Assembly: GCF_964355755.1 (NCBI RefSeq)
Contig: NC_092670.1
Location: 5,012,201-5,076,200, forward strand
From: Antedon mediterranea
Lineage: Eukaryota > Animalia > Echinodermata
Direction: 5' to 3'
DNA length: 64,000 bases
This document shows positions 30,501 through 41,288 of this stretch, piece by piece. The first letter of the stretch is position 1. Each line of letters starts with the position of its first letter. The position numbers were made by a program, and so were the translations under genes. The notes beneath the pieces were generated by a model. That model saw only the letters and a list, made by a program, of their open reading frames with translations, did not search any database and had not been told where the DNA came from.

Positions 30501-33500
30501 ATAATTTAGAAATCAAAACTGTCAGTGTTATTTAGTATTTGTTGGGACAATTTTATGATATCATTATTATTATTTACACAGATATCAAATTCATCTTAGA
30601 ATTGCATCGCTTACCAGGTCGAAATTGTAAAGAGATACAAAATGGTACTGGACTATTATTCTGAAAGAAATCCATACTTTACGAATAACCAGATTGCAAT
30701 GTTATGCCAATCCATGGATGCACAGTTTTGGAGGAGGCGACTACTGTAAGAAGGCATTTTTTTAAAACCAAAGTCAGATAAAAACATAATATAAAAACAA
30801 ATATTCTCTCTAAAAGAAGAAATGAATAACGTTCCAGACAGCATTAACCTGAAATGACCTTTCCATAAACTCTACTAGAAATTAATTAAAAAATCTTTCT
30901 GCATATCTTTTTATACAGAAAACAATTAATGAAATCATCATGAATGCCTATATTATCAACTGTGCTTTGAAAATGGCTGGGTTTATTAAGTAGAAAGACA
31001 AATTTTAAGCTCTGTCTACACTATCAAACAACACTGACAAAAAAAGTGTGATGGCCTCAAACATGGTAGTGATATGCATAATATGGTGGTGATACAGTAT
31101 GACATCATCATGTCCATATTGGGCACATCATATTTTTTTGTCATATAAAGTTTGATAGTATAGAAATATCAATTTGCACAGTATTTTTATCAATGCAATT
31201 TTCTTTTACTAGATTCCAAACTTTCTCTAGAATAAAATTATAATGATTTTCCCGCACCTCACTTCACCATTCATTCATTTATCCCCTCTAATTCAAAATT
31301 CTGGATCCACCAAGTCCTGATATAAACAAATAAATAACCACTACAATAAATAATTGAATAAAAGGTTCAGGGAGATGTTAAAATTAATCAACTATCAGTT
31401 TCCATGATTAATTTACCTTTAAATGCTGTTCAGTTGACTGACTCAACTCAATAATAACTGGTGCCAATAGGAATGATGACTGTAAAATTCATAGCCTGTG
31501 TCAAAGAATGTGTCACTTTGGTCCTACTGTATGTAGCTATCAATATCAGGGTACATTTTGCAACCTACTGTATGGGTTACACATTGCATCAAGTTTTGGA
31601 TTTATGGATTTCGAAAACCTGGTGTTGTTGTGTTGGAGTTGGTTTAGGTTAAATACATGAAATAAATATAATTGAATCAAAGCTATAAAACTGATACATA
31701 TACTGTATACTGTATCTATTTCAATAGTTTCCTATTGCTCAGAAATCATTTTAGCATCCAGAGTGACGTTATTAAAAAATAGGATTACTACAGTACGTGG
31801 AAGTCTAGGTTCACAAAGATTTACTTCTGTAGTTTGTACTCACAAACATGACATTAAGCTTTTGCTAGATAATAAAATTTACACAAAATATTATTTATAT
31901 CTGTGCACATATAAAAGCCTGGTTATACCCTGTACTCCATTCCAATCATTATTGGAACGGTCTAACGTTCGGTCTGATAGACGGAGCAAAGTTGAAACAG
32001 AATAAAATATGGTTGATCAGTAAAAAAATATGCATCCTCGTAAGTCTCTTTTTAAACAGATAATTCATCCTGAGACCTGGCATGGTTAACGCAGAAACTA
32101 CAACCTATAGTACTGTGAGTTGCCGTCGCTAGTTTTTCGACATCAATTTGTACCGTAATGCTGAAAATTACTTTTCCCTTTACCTTCCCGATGCGAAAGC
32201 TCTCTTGTTATATACAAGGCATTCATAACTAGAATTGAGCATCTCGTCATCACAGTAATCGCAGGTGAATGTTTTGGCAACAAGAATTTAAGGGCATAAA
32301 ATTAGCCAGTTAAAATAAATAGTTTCAGCTGCTGTGGTTACTCAGATAAAATGGGTACATACTGTATATAGTACAACAGAATACAGTATGCACAATTGGT
32401 TTATGCGGTATAAAAAGAATAAAAACTAACTCTCTACAGGCCTTCAATAAATACAACAGTCAAACTACTTTAAAAATGTTTATATCATTGTACTTTATCC
32501 GGGGGAACTAATGTACAATATTGTACACTTTATGTTTGGCACTGCAGTGCAAATATAGGACATGTAAAATTATACTACTGTATAACAATAACAATCAGTG
32601 CAGTACTGTAAATGAAAGATGTTTAAAAACATAAAAAATCTAATAAAAACTTTAATGACTTCCTGCTACTCTCTACCAAAGCATGATCAAAGAGAGCTCT
32701 ACCAGGAAAAGGGATAGAAAATCAAAGTTTCTCATATTTCACAGAAATAAAAACCACATCTTAATAACAGTTGTCTAATCAGTTTCCCTTTGTTCTTGTT
32801 TTTTCTAAATTTAGTAGAAGTATGAAGTTAAAAACACAAAAGTAAACTTCAGACTTTTGAAATAAAGTGTCCATCCATGGAACACATGGAAGTTAAGTTA
32901 ATTAATATAGCAATATTAATTTAAGTTACAGTAAATAATCAACAAGATTTTTTTAAACCCAGCATCTGCTGCTCCTTATTGTATAGTGTTTTTTACATAG
33001 AAAACCCTCCTTAAAATAATCAATGAAGAGAGAGCTTTATTTATTGATGTCATACATAACTGATTGGTATTTGCAGAAATTGATAATAAATGGTACGTAC
33101 AGTATATAAACATTAGAATTCAAAACAATACAGGATATATCCTTTTATTATCCAATATAATGAAAATTACCACACCCATATCTTGGCTTGCCTTATTAAA
33201 TATAAAAGAAAAAAGAACTATTTTAATCTAACCAATCTTTTGTTATATAATGTTCAACACACTATTTATTAATATTTAATAATATTATGAACAACAATCA
33301 CCAGTATCATTTTGCAGTTTGTTTTTGTCTTAATTCCTTATCTCAATGGTCTCAGTTTATTTGATTAAGCTACTGAATCTTTTCTTGTTTAAACAGTATA
33401 TAAATGTCATCACTGCAACAAACACCAGAACAAACAAACATCATCCTAGACTATCCAGAAGTACTATGACCTTTAACCTCTTATACAGTAGGCCTATAAT

Positions 33501-36500
33501 TCTAGGCCTACAGTATAATTCCAGGCCTGTAAAAATGAAATCATCATACATAGTACAAATTTTCTCCTGGAGTTGTTTGTGTGTTTCTAAAGAATTGACC
33601 TATACCCTCAGATAGACAGTTTATTATGAAGTTTACAACCAGGTTGCTTGTGATGATATTCTAATTTGAACTTTAACCCCAGATATAGGTCTATCACAAA
33701 GGAAGCATGTTGTTTGTGAAGATTCCTAATTTGTAATTAGCGTCATCAGTAAGATGTTGTAATGTAAGAGTAATCTATTATCTAATCAATCACTTGAGAT
33801 GAATAATTTAATACAACAATAAAAAAAAGTGTGTCAGTTCTCACATACTGTACTGTACATTACTGTACTGTACATTACTGTACTGATGACGAAATGAAAT
33901 ATCAGAAATGTAAAAAAAATAGACAGAAACATGGCTGGTATAATAGTTTTTCTCAGAATTTTATCTGAAAAATTCGTGCTCATTTTCCTGCTAAACAACA
34001 CAGTAGCGGTCATACGAATGAAGATAATAAGAAATGAAGAACACTACAACTTTTTTTTACCTACATCAAACCATCATTTTGCGTTTTAAGCTGTAACCAC
34101 CAGTGTTGTTAAACATGCTATTTATTGGAGGGCAATTCAACAGCCTGTGGGGGTTTTTAGGGTCGTTCAACAACATGCATTTATTGGGGTTTAATGGGTA
34201 TTCAGCATTGGCTTTTTTTTACATTAAAAGTTACAGTACTAGATAGTACTAAAGAAAATGTATTCACCTTTTATTTTACTAGTCAGAAGCACTACAGGAC
34301 TGGTTTACAATGATAAAACTGTACTACAAGACTATAATTAACTTTCTACAATGACCATGAGAATTGAGTCTTTGCCTAATGGGTCGAGAATCAAAGAACC
34401 AAGAAATTCTATAATCTAGAGCTTAAAAAGTAATGTATACTGTATTTCACTGAAAATCTACCTTAATCCAATATAAGAGTTATTTTGACAATAAATGGGA
34501 GGCTATTCCAGCCTATGCATTAATAATCCATTTTAAAAGTTGAACAACTGAGGACAACTGTTAATTCATGTCAATGTTGAAAATGCAAACGGCGATGGAA
34601 AAGCAAATTTCAACACCATTTCCAATTTTGTCAACATTTAATCCTAATTTTGTTTTGGGATTCGGCATGTATAGAATATTTGTAATTTGCCAGAAGGATA
34701 AAGAAATGTTGAATTTTTACAAAGCATTTCTTAAAAATAATAATTATGTATTAATTATAGTACTGTAATTTACACTTTACTGCAATAAAAAAAAATTTCT
34801 TTCATTTTTTTAGGTTAAGGTTTTTCATTTTTAGGTTAAGGTTTTTCATTTTTAGGTTAAGGTTTTTCATTTTTGTTGTCTTCACTGTTTCCTTTATAAC
34901 CAGTTTACTATTAATATGAAAACAATTTGTGTAAAACTAATAAATCACTTTTATAATAACCGAATCTACACAGCAAGCTTCACCCACATTCACACCATAT
35001 TAAATTTGATTAATAAAAAATAGATTAAATTCTCTAGGAATTTATGCTTTTAATATTAATTTTTATTATTTTTTAAGGTCAAATATTATAAACCAACTTA
35101 TACAGTACATAATTTCTATTGTTGAATATTGTTGCAGCTGGCTAACATTAACAACAATAAAACTTTTGTTAATGTAACATTATACTGTAGGTACCTGTAA
35201 TTATTTAATGTCATAATAAAATTAAGCCGAGATGCCAATAAAAAAACATACTGCGTATGAATGGTGTGTTCAGTATATGTAATCAAATTACCAGAGTTAT
35301 CAGCTACAGTATTTTTAGTCTATTATCATGTACTTTGTTCACAACCAAATTATTAACATTTTATTAACAATAAAAGATGAATTTATATTGAACATTAATA
35401 GCAATATTGATTTTGGCTTGGGGTATAGTGTGAACATGCATTAATATTTCTATAGAATGCCATACAGTACTTTATATGATGATAACAATGTATTGTAAAA
35501 TTGATTAAAAACATCGTTTTGTAATCAAAGAGTCCATAAGTTATTAACAGCACATGTCTGATGATGATAATAAATGGTATTTTATTTAACTATTGACTTT
35601 TGATTAATTAATTCTTAACATTTCACTTCAGTACAAAGAAAGAAATGTACATTTAATATAGGATTACACATTTTTACATACAATTCATGTAAATAATTTC
35701 ACGAAAAAATAATACAGAATAAAAAAAAAAAATGTGTACATCTTTTAAAAGGAAAGCTATTGGACCTACATTCCTAGGCTTGTTAAATAATAATAATATC
35801 ATTTCATAAATTACATTTTTTAAAGTAGAGGCTAGGGTATCATTAAAAGAGCTATTCAAACCAGTGTGAAAAGTATGCATACTGTACACATTTAATAGGT
35901 AGAGGAATGTAGTTTTATGAATGGACGACAAAATAGTTGATACCACATTAACAATGTTAAATACAACAATACTGGATAGTATTTTGACAATGTTTAGTAA
36001 TGACCCATGATGCCTGTTCAGTAATAGTAAAGATGTCTTACTCTTCTTAATACTGTTTAATTCTTCAGGGCCAGTCCAAAAATAAAACGGGATTGCTATT
36101 CTGATACTACTGTAGCTACTGTTGGCTACTGTACACGTTTAAGCGTGGTTGGAAAACAACATCATCATGTACCTAGGGTTCTTGGGTGGGTGCTGTACAG
36201 TATTGAAGGCCCTTAAGTGGAAGAATACTGTACTGTATGAAGGTGGGTATTCCAACTAGCAAAACTAAATCCAAGGTGGCTATCAACTCCTTCGTCGCAA
36301 TTCAATGTGTACTGTAGTAACGGAAGAGTGGCTGGTGAACTGGTTGAAGCACAGTTTAATCAATTTTCATACAGTGGTTACTGTATGGCTAACTGCTGCA
36401 AGGAGTCCTTCGCTGTACAGGTTAATTGTGAAGAAAAGCTTTTAAAGCATTTTCCATTTAAGTGACATAAATGCATGGATTTGAACATGCCAACTAGTAA

Positions 36501-37144
36501 AAGTTAATTTTCCTAATGGAAGCACAAGGTCAATAATACATTTATGATTAATTTGTTTTATATAAAAATTATGTATCTTAACAAAATAGTTAATAATAAT
36601 AGAGATTTGTGATCTCAAGACGAACAGCCATTAAAAACTTGTTAAGGAATGATTAATGATGGCGTTTCTGGGGACACCCCCAAAATATTTAGATTTAAAT
36701 GCACCATACAGTACATCCATACAATTTGGTTAAAATTACTAAATAGAAATGTTTCAGGCTTACTGTGATTAGATACAGTAGCACTGCTGTTTAAAACACT
36801 AATTCTGATAACAGTATAAATGCTGTTATTCTTTTGTTTTGTTCATAATCTTTAACATAAAATGTATTCCTTCCAGCTTCTGTTTGTTCTTACTTTGTTT
36901 TGAATTTGTCAGTGACCTTTGCATTGTAAACCATTAATTATAATCACACAGTACAAACAATTAGACAAACATCCTTGCTAGGTTAATTTTGATATCTAAA
37001 CTTAAAGTTATATAATGATAATTAATTTATTGTTTGTTTATTGTCAATATTTACCTTATACTTAAGTAGATAGCCTGTCTTGATGATGCTATCTTTAGCA
37101 TTTTCCGGTGGCACTGTCACCAACGTAGTTGAACTATCCGTCAT
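3475..37144 (-). CDS. IRS: Insulin receptor substrate (IRS/chico family), 5' part; the gene continues beyond the left edge of the window
   Basis: Phase-consistent GT-AG exons: 37055-37144 (MTDSSTT...[11 protein letters not shown]); 24922-25222 ([10 protein letters not shown]...[10 protein letters not shown]...CFNINKK...DEWLEAL, PH domain); 20152-20294 ([14 protein letters not shown]...[10 protein letters not shown]); 17784-17926 ([47 protein letters not shown]-type PTB); 12406-12615 (RPRSHS, RNRCDS); candidate 8449-8505; 3475-3558 (RPRTASEGE). Motif order matches vertebrate IRS1/IRS2. The YxxM tail is not in the window. Confidence 0.93.
3845..4110. mobile_element. Diverged copy of the tRNA-containing repeat found at 53430-53925
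   Basis: Shared blocks TCTGTGAGAATG.GAAAAAG.CGCCCCAACCGAGA, CTGCTTGATATGCAGA, AACCATTAGACAA, CTTTCATGGTA, ACAC.CTCGGCG. Confidence 0.75.
6040..6391 (+). mobile_element. 3' fragment of a non-LTR retrotransposon
   Basis: [30 protein letters not shown] resembles a post-RT region; ends AATAAAAGAT(TGAA)n. Confidence 0.5.
7182..7334. mobile_element. MITE family A copy, one end truncated
   Basis: Same TIR and internal ATATGGTAGTGATATG...ACATCATCATG core. Confidence 0.85.
8449..8505 (-). CDS. IRS: Candidate IRS micro-exon (R)[18 protein letters not shown]
   Basis: 57 nt, ttcag|...|gtagta, phase 2-2 and frame-preserving; forms RxRxxS-EGEG with the split codon from the upstream exon. Confidence 0.55.
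8848..9169. mobile_element. Internally deleted copy of the TTAA-flanked TIR element at 60926-61515
   Basis: Colinear similarity at both ends (GGCCAGGTGCAGGCAAAACATT..., TTCTTATCAGTGG.GGGATAGTTCAAATTACACAGTAAAATC, ...TTCATGCCCGTACCTGAACATTAA). Confidence 0.75.
9770..10310 (+). repeat. Pyrimidine-rich low-complexity tract
   Basis: About 540 bp dominated by C/T on the + strand. Confidence 0.85.
10790..11278 (+). mobile_element. 3' end of a CR1/L2-group LINE
   Basis: Translates [31 protein letters not shown] (WN.LP...FK motif), then a 3' UTR ending in AATAAA(ATCA)n. Confidence 0.65.
12406..12615 (-). CDS. IRS: IRS exon after the PTB domain with two RxRxxS sites
   Basis: 210 nt, tag|...|gtgag, phase 2-2; reads [18 protein letters not shown]...RRNRCDSMP. 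Confidence 0.85.
14657..14832. repeat. Perfect tandem repeat, 8 x 22 bp GTCGGACACTAAGGCCGCGTTT
   Basis: Eight identical head-to-tail copies with no spacers. Confidence 0.97.
16881..17151. repeat. Tandem repeat, about 11 x 25 bp GTCAATATGATCAGAAGGATATATA
   Basis: Near-perfect array; one unit lacks 4 bp. Confidence 0.95.
17784..17926 (-). CDS. IRS: IRS exon, C-terminal half of the PTB domain
   Basis: 143 nt, cag|...|gtaagt; [15 protein letters not shown]...[11 protein letters not shown] is the IRS PTB signature. Confidence 0.93.
19204..19330. repeat. Tandem duplication of about 66 bp
   Basis: TTCATCAAAGTGGTCATTAATTGGAGGTAG...ACATTGCTGACATAG occurs twice head-to-tail. Confidence 0.9.
20152..20294 (-). 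CDS. IRS: IRS exon, N-terminal half of the PTB domain
   Basis: 143 nt, tag|...|gtaag; reads (E)[36 protein letters not shown]; phases match both neighbouring exons. Confidence 0.9.
20598..20906. mobile_element. Non-autonomous element with a long hairpin (Crypton-like)
   Basis: Inverted repeat with about 80-bp arms (20731-20906) centred on ACTCGGCTTTGCCTCGT; an inverted partial homolog lies at 24812-24915. Superfamily assignment is from recall only. Confidence 0.6.
23430..24410. repeat. Old degenerate tandem repeat (unit about 115-125 bp) interrupted by a MITE
   Basis: Recurring GATAATGTTATCATTGGCTA...GATAGATTATT...CATTAGG...AGTAGGTTG...ACAATCATTAATTTCCTT blocks. Confidence 0.75.
23857..24022. 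mobile_element. MITE family A (about 165 bp, TIR AAGCTCTGTCTACACTATCAAACT)
   Basis: Terminal inverted repeats; further copies at 7182-7334, 31006-31164, 38854-38991, 50083-50246, 51522-51649. Confidence 0.9.
24922..25222 (-). CDS. IRS: IRS exon encoding most of the PH domain
   Basis: 301-nt exon with cag| acceptor and |gtattt donor; translation [28 protein letters not shown]...WLEALIQLQ is typical of the IRS PH domain. Confidence 0.93.
25320..25891. mobile_element. About 570-bp TIR element (PIF/Harbinger-like MITE)
   Basis: Imperfect TIRs ATGGGCCTGTTCGTAGGGGTTGAAAATA / TATTTTAACCACCGTACGAACACGACCTAT around a CpG-rich interior. Confidence 0.55.
26288..26600 (-). mobile_element. 3' end of a Rex1/Babar-type non-LTR retrotransposon
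   Basis: Minus-strand translation [53 protein letters not shown], followed by AATAAA and a (CTTGA)n tail. Confidence 0.7.
31006..31164. mobile_element. MITE family A copy
   Basis: Same TIR and core; carries a CAGTA insertion at 31095-31099. Confidence 0.85.
34800..34875. repeat. Short tandem repeat TTTCATTTTTAGGTTAAGGTT, 3-4 copies
   Basis: Directly visible. Confidence 0.85.
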
Positions 37145-37277
37145 AATGCCCTTTCGCTTTAAATCTACAGTTGTATATTATTACCAAAACGAATCATCTT
37201 TTCTGTTTAAAAAGAAAAATACAAAATTTATAATACTGTATGATTGTTAAAGTTTCACCAACCAACAGTGGTTTTGG

Positions 37278-37530
37278 TAGTCTATGAGTGCTAGAATACC
37301 TGGATAAACCAGAAGAGCGAGATATAACTCGAAAAGTAGACATTTTCACTGATCACCCTTTTAACAAATGGTATAGTCAATGAACTATGCCATTAGGTGG
37401 GAGCTTCCCCACTAACCACCATCATCATTTAATTTCAAGACATGAGTACGTAACCATGTCTTTAAGAGAGCTCTTCAAGGATAAAGGGCTATTGTTGGTT
37501 TATCCAGGTAAGCTAGGCACGAAATAGACA
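37278..37530. mobile_element. MITE family B (TIR TAGTCTA...TACCTGGATAAACC)
   Basis: Both TIRs present here; single ends of the same family at about 27095-27145, 28739-28900 and 30010-30058. Confidence 0.7.
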
Positions 37531-38853
37531 AGTGAAGATGTGATCCCAAGCAAGGGCAGGCTCATTTGAACAAAGATATTGGGCACACAGTATGTAACTT
37601 GTAAGGCTAGAGGAAAACTTTGTATACATGAGCTCAGCAGTGGCGTTACTAATGAGCGACAAGTACTATACCACATCTTACCGTTGCATAGTTTACACCA
37701 CAGAGCTAACTTCAGTGATGCTTCAATAATTTTGACCTTATTTCCAGAGATTTACCAATTACTTATGTTTTTACTGTATATTAATTAGGCCTTCTTAATA
37801 GTGTCAAATAAAGACTAGCTACTAAGGTGCTCTCTGCTCTTCAATCCGTAACGCAATAATTTTTTTATGTTAAAAGGAGAGTATTATAATGGCTAAAAAA
37901 ACCTAGTAACTTTTGAAAAAGAAAAAATTTAAACAAAAAAGACGTCACAAATTGGAAATCAAGATGGTTGTTATTCAAGTATGGCATATAGGCTACATTT
38001 AAAAAAGAGAGGGACAACCAGTTGTATTTGGATTGCTTATGTTAGACCTTTGCCACACATCATTTTGTTTTCAAGCTGACTTTTTTTGAATACTGTAATA
38101 AAAATAATGTGAAATAAAATGTCCATTAAAACAAAAATAAATTATAATAATTAATTTTAAAGGTAAACAAATTTCGCAGAGCTGCTTGCTGCCAATTTTA
38201 TAGATTGTTGTACAGTCTTTCAAACCCATAATGATGCATGATCAATGGATGTCCTAAAATGTTGACTACTACAGTATATGTATAACAACAAAAACAAGAT
38301 AACTTGACATTACCGTAACAAGCAAACAATAACAAGGAATCTAACTTGCATATCTAATAAATGACACTAATACTGTAGTTTGACATGTCTTGATTACGAG
38401 TGAAATTCACACTTTGAAAGCTTTTAATGTGCGACTGACTAGCAAATGAGCTAATTATTAAGACTAGAGTCATGTGAATCACTAACATTTTCTTAGATAA
38501 CATAAACATAAAATTGCAAATTGAGTCTACAGTACACTGGTAGGATTTTTTATCGCATTATTTTATTTACTTGTCGCATAAAACTTGTTTTTGATACAAC
38601 TACAATTATTCTAAAACAAGTGTGGGTGTTATCATAAGACAGACAACGCTAATTTGTTTTGAATGTAAAATAATTTTAGTTAATCAATTCATTTGATTAA
38701 ATGTCAAGAAGACCCACACATCTTTTGCGTCTTCACATTTTTGCCACGCACCAAAAATCTACTGTATTATACCTTTTCCCTAATCTCATTTTTTTCTGAA
38801 ATTACTTGAAAACATCAAAATTCTGTTATTTATCATGGCTAGAATCACCGATA

Positions 38854-38991
38854 TAACGCTATGTCTACACCATCAAACTTTATGTGACAACAAATTTGAT
38901 GTGCTCATGGGCATGATGATGTCATATCATTACATTTGGGCACATCACACTTTTTTTGTGAAAATAGTTTGATAGCTTAGACAGAGCTTTA
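38854..38991. mobile_element. MITE family A copy, inverted orientation
   Basis: TIR ends ...GATAGCTTAGACAGAGCTTTA; the core is reverse-complemented. Confidence 0.8.
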
Positions 38992-39769
38992 GGCCAAAAC
39001 AGAATAAAAAATTATGGATTTTTCAGGCAGCAGCTTGGATGTTTTGTCCCAATTGAATTTAGGACGAAAAAAATGGTTGGGCCATTGAATGGCAGCCAAT
39101 TTGACCATTACATTACAGTTTTTTTCAGGTAAATAATTTTTTAGGCATCTCTAATTTTTGGTCAAACTAAAATAAATAAAAAAATACTGTAAAAATTATT
39201 TTTTTAGTGAGAGAGACAATATATTTTCAATGTACCATTAACAAGTAAATTGTTCCAGATTGTTGTTCCAGATTGTTGGTCCAGATTGTTGGTCCAGCAA
39301 CGGAAAACGAGCGGTCAGCAAATGACTTTCAATTTATTTTGTGGACAGTACTTTATTTATAGGTCTAGCCCTAGGCCTACTCGTCAATTGCATGATTCTT
39401 TCATTTGGTTCTTTGGATCCTATAACGCTGGGTGGTTGAGTTACAGTGCCGGAACCCTAACCACTAGCCTACGTACGTACGCTACCTATTATTATTAAAA
39501 TAAATAACAGAAGAGTACAGTAGTTAGGCATAGCCTACTAGGCCTTAGTTATTCTAAGCCTACTTATCCCTTTGTTTCTCTCAGGATTGGAAAACAGTAT
39601 TTGCCTCACCTTTTAGTTTCCTCTAGCTAGGCCTAGCCTTTATGACAGATGATCAACGCCTTTCCACGGCGTATAGTTACCATACAAACTAATCAACATC
39701 ATCCGCCGTGCTTCATTTTTATGGAGATCACGAATGTCAAAGTTTCAATACTATTTTACGAACACTTAC

Positions 39770-40020
39770 CAATTAAAAGGACAACATATACCGACAAAAT
39801 TGATACATAAATGAATTGTATACCTTCTTATGCACGTTATATTGAATAATGTGGTGAAATAACGGATATTCTACGGGGTTTTTAAGTTGTTTACGTCAAA
39901 TTCCTGAATGACCACCGTGAATACCGCCACACACGATAAAATTGCTCAACCAAACCGAAAAACCGCACAATGTGAAAATCATGAATATTTAAATATTTGA
40001 TGACCATTAGCTCCGCCCAA
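39770..40020 (-). promoter_or_regulatory. Probable IRS promoter and non-coding first exon
   Basis: Consensus minus-strand donor G|GTAAGT at 39770/39769 pairs with the acceptor at 37203-37205 upstream of the ATG exon. Local CpG enrichment, GC box (GGGCGGAG on minus, 40011-40018), and overlapping TTGTTTAC/TTACGTCA at 39887-39898. Confidence 0.55.
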
Positions 40021-40418
40021 TTTTGCGCACATGTATATCAATCAGCCTCGACCTGGTCTGAAAAATAGGAGTAATAAATTAATAATAACGCATAGTTACG
40101 TTTAGCTTGATAAAGAAAAATGAAGCTATTTATGTAACAGAAAATAAAAGGTAATATATAAATAATATTCAACAAATTCGAAAGAAGAGTTCACTATAAT
40201 CATGGAGTTTTAATCCATGCAATAATAGTCGAGCTAGAGGGCGTTCATAGAATTGAATAATAAAATGAATGAACATTATTACAACTTTTAGACTCTACAT
40301 AATGGAAGTAGAAACTATGTCGAAAGTTTTTAAAATGTACTTAATATACCGTGAAGGATTCCGCTTAAATACCCATTTAGGACGATAACGATCGACGATA
40401 AATAGATAAACACCTACA

Positions 40419-40538
40419 TTTTAGTCGCGTGGACGCGACTCTATAGTTCACTATGTCGGTCGGTCGGTCTGTCGGTCTGTCTGTCGGTCCGGTATCACTA
40501 TGCGTTTTAGCACGCGACTTATGGCTGTTGGCCTTGTT
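40419..40538 (+). mobile_element. Helentron-associated short element (HINE/DINE-1-like)
   Basis: Subterminal inverted repeat AGTCGCGTG/CACGCGACT, internal (GTCG/GTCT)n microsatellite, short 3' hairpin and T-rich flanks. Confidence 0.7.
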
Positions 40539-41288
40539 CTTACATAAAGCAAACCAAAATTAATTGTTAATTAATAATTGTTTGTTTTTTTTGTTATTTT
40601 TCAGGTATTTTATATCAAACAAACATAATAATATGCCTCTCTTATATTTTTACCAAAAAAAGTAAATAAAGTCATATTAATTAATGTCTACATTTGTTGA
40701 TAAACAAATTTCGCTTCCGAGATATAATAAAAAAAAAACTATAAATAAATTGCTATCTCTTGAATAATAGTATAAACTGTTTAAGAAAATGTATACTAAT
40801 ACTACTAACCAAACGATGACTAATAAACTTTTCCATGCTTAATCAAAATAGATCAATTTAGTTTGGGAGATTTCTATAAAAAGACAAATCAACATCAAAT
40901 TAATTTTATTAAACATAAATTACAAATTTTGGCCTACAGACATTATTGGAGTGGAACTTTTTTGTTACATTCTTTGTAAATCTTAACTCTTTTATTGCAT
41001 AAGGAATGAAGTTATATACTCATCTTAGTCTTAACAAGTTTTAACTTAAAACATGACAGTGTTCATTGCGTATTACGTTAACTTCGTTAAACGAGCCTAC
41101 AATATAAGGAGGATCATACAGAAGGATATTGGATTATAAACACATTACGTCCATAACTTAGTGGGAAAGGATATTCTTTCTCCCTAAAGATTGTCACATA
41201 ATAATCCTTAACTTTATAACAGCTTGTATATGAGAGTGGATCTTCTAATCGATTTGACTTTTAAGTGACAAACATCAAACAACATAAG

